Positions 57,504 through 61,339 of a stretch of DNA of 61,339 bases are shown here, piece by piece; position 1 is the first letter of the stretch, and each line of letters opens with the position of its first letter. The position numbers were made by a program, and so were the translations under genes. Origin of the DNA: a virus (lineage: Duplodnaviria > Caudoviricetes). The notes below the pieces were generated by a model. The model saw only the letters and a program-made list of their open reading frames with translations, was not told the origin of the DNA and made no database searches. The stretch spans positions 1 through 61,339 of the IMG/VR virus record IMGVR_UViG_3300021959_000036, one strand, 5' to 3'.

Positions 57504-59438
57504 TTAAGTTTTAATAATAAATTTCACTGCCACACCTGGATGAGTAACCGTTAGTGCTGGCACTGAATGAGTGTGTCCGTTAACTGTAAGAGAGGGGATA
57601 GTTAGTGCTGGAACACTTAATCCTGGGATTGATAACCCAGGAACTGAGTGAGTGTGCGAGTTAACTGTCATAGCTGGAATTGATAGTGCAGGAACAGTAT
57701 GAGTATGTGAGTTAACTGTTAGAGACGGAATTGAGTGTGCGTGTGCATTAACTGTTAATGCAGGAATAGCATGAGTATGGTTTCCTACGTTAGCTACTGC
57801 TGTAACAGCTGCAATGGCTCCTGTAACGTCTTTATCTGTAGTTGAGTTAGTATTAGCTGTAGTTACAGTATGTCCGTGTGAACCGCCTGACCCTGTATTA
57901 GAGGCAACAGTTGTTGCACCTGCGTTTCCAGTATTGGCAGCAACTGTGGAAGCTCCTGAACCTCCAGAAGTTCCTGATCCTGTATTATAGGTAGAAGCTG
58001 GAATACTTGGAGCGGTACCGCCCGATGTTGCGGTGCCAGTAGTACCAGTACCTGTTGTGCCGCTGCCTGTATTATTGGCTACAGTTGAAGCCCCACTTGA
58101 TCCTGATGTTCCGGTTCCAGTGGAGTTCTGACCACTTGCATTAACTTCTCCAGCTGTCTTAGAACCAAGAGTAAAGGTTGAAGCACCATATGGAGCGCGA
58201 TCTCTAAAGTCAGGAACGTTGAAGGTCGTAGACCCGTCGCCTGCGCCGTATGTAGTACCAATTACACCAAAAAGTGCTGAATAGGTGCTACGAGAAATAG
58301 CCGCACCTTCACAGAGATAATAACCTCCAGGTGCAGCGGCTGCACCATACATGATGATAGAACCTGTAGGATTCAAAATTGATGAATCATTAGCGTGTAT
58401 ACCATCAACAGTATCAGCATCTAGACCAGAGCCAGAGCCATCGTTACCAGCGTGCCAGACGCGATAGTAGTTCGCGCCCATCGACCACCCACCAACAGCA
58501 AAGTCATTAATGTCGCCCTTCAGTCCAAAGTATGCCGCAAAGTCACTGCCTACATGGAATTGCATGAATGCGTCTGCACCCGCTGTCCCATTGATCACCT
58601 CTAGGGTTGCTTGATCGCCACTTCCAGTTTCAAGAACGTCATTACAATAAAAACTAATTTCAACTCCGGTATTTGTAACCGCATCATCTGCATCGCTACG
58701 TAGGAAACTTGCTGATGAGATACCGTCTAATAAATCAGCATCAAGACCAGAGCCAGCGCCGTCTACAGTTTTAATAGCCGTAAGTATCTCGCTGGCAGTT
58801 TGATCCGCTGTAGCACCAGATTCTATACCGTCTAACTTAGTACCGTCCGTAGCAATATCACGACCGTCTACTGTACCGGTTACTGCAATATTACCAGTGA
58901 TAGTAACACCAGCAGTATCGGTTTCAAACTTCTTTGAATTATCATAGAAAAGGTTAACCGTACCATTACTAACAAATTGAGCCTTAAACTCTGTACCTGC
59001 TGCATTAAGAATATTAACATTGCCATCGGCTAGTAAATTTAAGTTACCTGTTCCCACATCTTTAATATAACTATTTGATCCATCATGGTAAATCTCTAAA
59101 TCGCTATCAGTACCAAATTTAGCCTTGACGCTATCATTATATAAGGCATCACCTGTCATCGTGCCACCAGCAGTAGCTAGTTTGCCGTCTAACTGTGTTT
59201 GAATATTACTTGTGACACCATCTGTGTAATTGAGTTCAGTGGCTGTTGATGTTACAGCAGTTCCACCAATTTTTAAAGTAGTCGCATCTACAGTAGAAGA
59301 AACAACTTCCCCACCAATATTTACGTTACCTGTAGAAGTTCCATTACCGACTGTAACAGTGGCATTAGAGGCTACTTCAAACTTGTTTGTGGCGTCTATA
59401 CCAAGACCACCTAGAAATTTATCTACACGGGTTACCAT
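57504..59438 (-). CDS. tail fibre with collar domain and His-rich needle repeats
   Basis: DG.GSGLDAD motifs, collar PTGSII...FNVPDFR, repeated HTH.IP.L; ends FIIKT. Confidence 0.85.
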   Translation of the reverse strand: MVTRVDKFLGGLGIDATNKFEVASNATVTVGNGTSTGNVNIGGEVVSSTVDATTLKIGGTAVTSTATELNYTDGVTSNIQTQLDGKLATAGGTMTGDALYNDSVKAKFGTDSDLEIYHDGSNSYIKDVGTGNLNLLADGNVNILNAAGTEFKAQFVSNGTVNLFYDNSKKFETDTAGVTITGNIAVTGTVDGRDIATDGTKLDGIESGATADQTASEILTAIKTVDGAGSGLDADLLDGISSASFLRSDADDAVTNTGVEISFYCNDVLETGSGDQATLEVINGTAGADAFMQFHVGSDFAAYFGLKGDINDFAVGGWSMGANYYRVWHAGNDGSGSGLDADTVDGIHANDSSILNPTGSIIMYGAAAAPGGYYLCEGAAISRSTYSALFGVIGTTYGAGDGSTTFNVPDFRDRAPYGASTFTLGSKTAGEVNASGQNSTGTGTSGSSGASTVANNTGSGTTGTGTTGTATSGGTAPSIPASTYNTGSGTSGGSGASTVAANTGNAGATTVASNTGSGGSHGHTVTTANTNSTTDKDVTGAIAAVTAVANVGNHTHAIPALTVNAHAHSIPSLTVNSHTHTVPALSIPAMTVNSHTHSVPGLSIPGLSVPALTIPSLTVNGHTHSVPALTVTHPGVAVKFIIKT

Positions 59439-59755
59439 TATTTCTTAACCTTCCTTCTTGGCGATGCGCCTGTGGCTACATTTACAGGGGTACCAGTTCC
59501 TTGTCCTTTTTTACCTGCTCCAGCTTTTCTTTGTGCTGCTTGTTTACGACGAACAAAAGAAGCAATTCCAGATTTTCCTAATTTTTTGGCTTTTTCTCGT
59601 GACAGACAGGCTGCATAAGGATCACCTTTTGCTCCCTCTCCACATTTTCCAATGCGTTTTCCTTGAGAGTTATACCGATCCCATCCACCGCCTCCAACGC
59701 CGCCGGTTTTACCAGTACCAAACCATGCTTTGAGTCCTCCACGAGGTTTTGCCAT
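59438..59755 (-). CDS. small Gly/Lys-rich basic protein
   Basis: GGLKAWF...W...C...C motif. Confidence 0.65.
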   Translation of the reverse strand: MAKPRGGLKAWFGTGKTGGVGGGGWDRYNSQGKRIGKCGEGAKGDPYAACLSREKAKKLGKSGIASFVRRKQAAQRKAGAGKKGQGTGTPVNVATGASPRRKVKK

Positions 59756-59956
59756 TTAGCTCTCCAATGATGATTTTATCTTAGAAATGAATACTGATTT
59801 AGCCGCCTCTAGTTGTTCATATTGCATTTTTAAATTAGACTGTTTTATACCAATATCTCTAAGTTGAGTAATATATTTAACTTGGTCTTCATTAAAATTT
59901 GTTAAATCATATTCCTTATCATCTATAAAAATTTTATTTTGGTTTTCTTGTTCCAT
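59756..59956 (-). CDS. small coiled-coil hypothetical protein
   Basis: IFIDDKEYDL plus coiled coil; likely ATG 59956 after GAGGGG. Confidence 0.6.
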   Translation of the reverse strand: MEQENQNKIFIDDKEYDLTNFNEDQVKYITQLRDIGIKQSNLKMQYEQLEAAKSVFISKIKSSLES

Positions 59957-59964
59957 TATTCCCC

Positions 59965-60207
59965 TCAATATTTTCTTTTTGGATTTCTAATCACTTGATT
60001 TTTAAATGGTGTTTTTGATGCACACCACTCATCATACCCCATATATCCTGGCTTTTTACCAGAGGGTTTGGTGACCATTCTACCGAGGGGAGTGTAGAAT
60101 TCACACCAGTCTTGTTTTTCTTTGTAACGACGATCAGAAGATGCCTGTTCCCAAGCACCCCCTGATCTAGACTTTTTATCACGATAGCGATAACGAAGTG
60201 TCGCCAT
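59965..60207 (-). CDS. small basic hypothetical protein
   Basis: 80 aa, TAATG coupling. Confidence 0.6.
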   Translation of the reverse strand: MATLRYRYRDKKSRSGGAWEQASSDRRYKEKQDWCEFYTPLGRMVTKPSGKKPGYMGYDEWCASKTPFKNQVIRNPKRKY

Positions 60208-60347
60208 TACTTTTTCTTCTTTTTAGCTAAAATCGCTTTCTGAAGTGCAGGAGGCAGCTTCTTTTGAGCAGCAGTTAAACCACCGTTACCATTTGCTTTC
60301 TTCTTACCATTTTTCATAGGCTTCTTTTTACCATAATGTCCGGGCAT
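60207..60347 (-). CDS. 46-aa Lys-rich protein (not in ORF track)
   Basis: MPGHYGKKKPMKNGKKKANGNGGLTAAQKKLPPALQKAILAKKKKK; fills gap, coupled to next gene. Confidence 0.6.
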   Translation of the reverse strand: MPGHYGKKKPMKNGKKKANGNGGLTAAQKKLPPALQKAILAKKKKK

Positions 60348-60349
60348 AG

Positions 60350-60520
60350 TTATTTCTTCCTTTTTGTAGTAGAAGTACGGTATTTACCGCCACGTTTTTT
60401 ATATTCACGCACTAACCAACCATTAGCGTATGCAGAAGGGTAAACAGCAAACTTACGTTTGGCTTCTGCCTTAACTCGATTGTATAGCGCTTTGTTGGTT
60501 GGAATTGCTTTTTGTGCCAT
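60350..60520 (-). CDS. 56-aa basic protein (not in ORF track)
   Basis: MAQKAIPTNKALYNRVKAEAKRKFAVYPSAYANGWLVREYKKRGGKYRTSTTKRKK. Confidence 0.65.
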   Translation of the reverse strand: MAQKAIPTNKALYNRVKAEAKRKFAVYPSAYANGWLVREYKKRGGKYRTSTTKRKK

Positions 60521-60529
60521 AATCTTTAT

Positions 60530-60558
60530 ACTTTACCTTATATTTTAGTAGGAGTCAA
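60530..60558 (-). promoter_or_regulatory. sigma70-like promoter
   Basis: TTGACT-17 nt-TAAAGT just upstream of ATG 60520. Confidence 0.5.
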
Positions 60559-60566
60559 ATCAAAAT

Positions 60567-61339
60567 TTACGAAATTGTTCTAAGCTCTAAATCTAAGCCA
60601 GAGGCAAGAGAAGCGTCTTTAAATTGAACATTTGCTCCAGAAGCTCCAAGAACATACTCTGTGGGTCGTTGAGATACTCCGTTAATACTTACGAAAACAT
60701 TATTTACACTAGAAACTGTTATTCCAATTGCATATGAGTTATAGGTTCCTGTTGTATGCTCTGTACTAGTAACCGTTGCAAATCCACCACCACTTGATCC
60801 TGCAGAAACAATACCTGCAGCAAGTTGAGCAGCGTTTGAAGATCGAGTGGATTCTACTGCATAGTAAGCACTTGACTGACCATCTAGTAAGTCAGCGTCT
60901 AGACCAGATCCAGCCCCATCCACTGTTTTGATTTTAGTTAGAACATCAGCTGCTGTATAACTTGCTGAGGCAAGTTTAGCATCTAAAGCTGTTTGTAATC
61001 CATCTATGTTACTGATAATGTGATTATGACTATCATCAGCAACTGTGACAGTAATGCTAGTTGTACCAGATCCACTTACATCACCACTGAGAGTGATAGT
61101 TTGGTTACCAGTTAAGTAAGAACCAGACGCTTGTTTACCATCTAACTGTGTTTGGATAGCAGAAGTTACACCATCTAAGTATCCTAACTCTGTAGAGGTT
61201 ACTGCTGATACAGCTACTTTACCAGAACCGTCAGATACAATAGCTCTAGACGCGGTTAAATCTGAAGTAGTAATTGATGATACCGCACCAGCAACATTCG
61301 CTGCTCGACGAGACTCTACTGCTGTAATATTAGTAGCAT
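60567..61339 (-). CDS. tail fibre-like protein, 5' end outside window
   Basis: Frame open to window end; ELGYLDGVTSAIQTQLDGK, HNHIISNIDGLQTAL, DGAGSGLDADLLDG motifs. Confidence 0.8.
   Translation of the reverse strand, partial: ATNITAVESRRAANVAGAVSSITTSDLTASRAIVSDGSGKVAVSAVTSTELGYLDGVTSAIQTQLDGKQASGSYLTGNQTITLSGDVSGSGTTSITVTVADDSHNHIISNIDGLQTALDAKLASASYTAADVLTKIKTVDGAGSGLDADLLDGQSSAYYAVESTRSSNAAQLAAGIVSAGSSGGGFATVTSTEHTTGTYNSYAIGITVSSVNNVFVSINGVSQRPTEYVLGASGANVQFKDASLASGLDLELRTIS

Noticed and set aside
1-61339. Stop-codon reassignment, integrase/prophage boundaries, small terminase
   Set aside because: Genes are full length in code 11 with TAA, TAG and TGA all used as stops; no integrase or host genes seen; no ORF could be confidently called TerS

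Overview
This is a ~61 kb, AT-rich internal segment of a lytic siphovirus with T5-like (Demerecviridae-like) organisation; the gene content suggests a marine phage of a proteobacterial host. Bases 1-18.8 kb (+ strand) carry the T5-type replication/recombination series (D10 helicase, D11 SSB, D12/D13 Mre11/Rad50, D14, D15) and nucleotide metabolism genes (nrdAB, glutaredoxin, dNMP kinase, dCMP deaminase, thyX, a degenerate dUTPase). Interleaved are accessory enzymes (glycosyltransferases, a cytidylyltransferase, PP-loop ATPases, a nicotianamine-synthase-like protein) and a PiT-family phosphate permease behind a candidate Pho box. Bases 18.8-61.3 kb (- strand) hold the morphogenesis region: TerL, HNH, portal, a protease-capsid fusion, T5-like neck/tube genes, tape measure, a lambda-like M-L-K-I-J tail tip and several fibres, flanked at both ends by clusters of tiny Lys/Arg-rich ORFs. 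The most notable observations are: (1) a Gly-flanked Hint autoprocessing domain in the tail-tip protein next to Ubl and JAB genes; (2) an unannotated 48-aa ORF beginning with an FtsZ C-terminal-peptide-like motif; (3) a cluster of c(GNA)g hairpins at 4.6 kb; (4) a Pho box upstream of the permease; (5) a hairpin with an anti-SD loop before the tail chaperones; (6) nested in-frame starts in the capsid gene; (7) a possible virion glycosylation/modification system. All calls come from motif recognition by eye; no searches were run.
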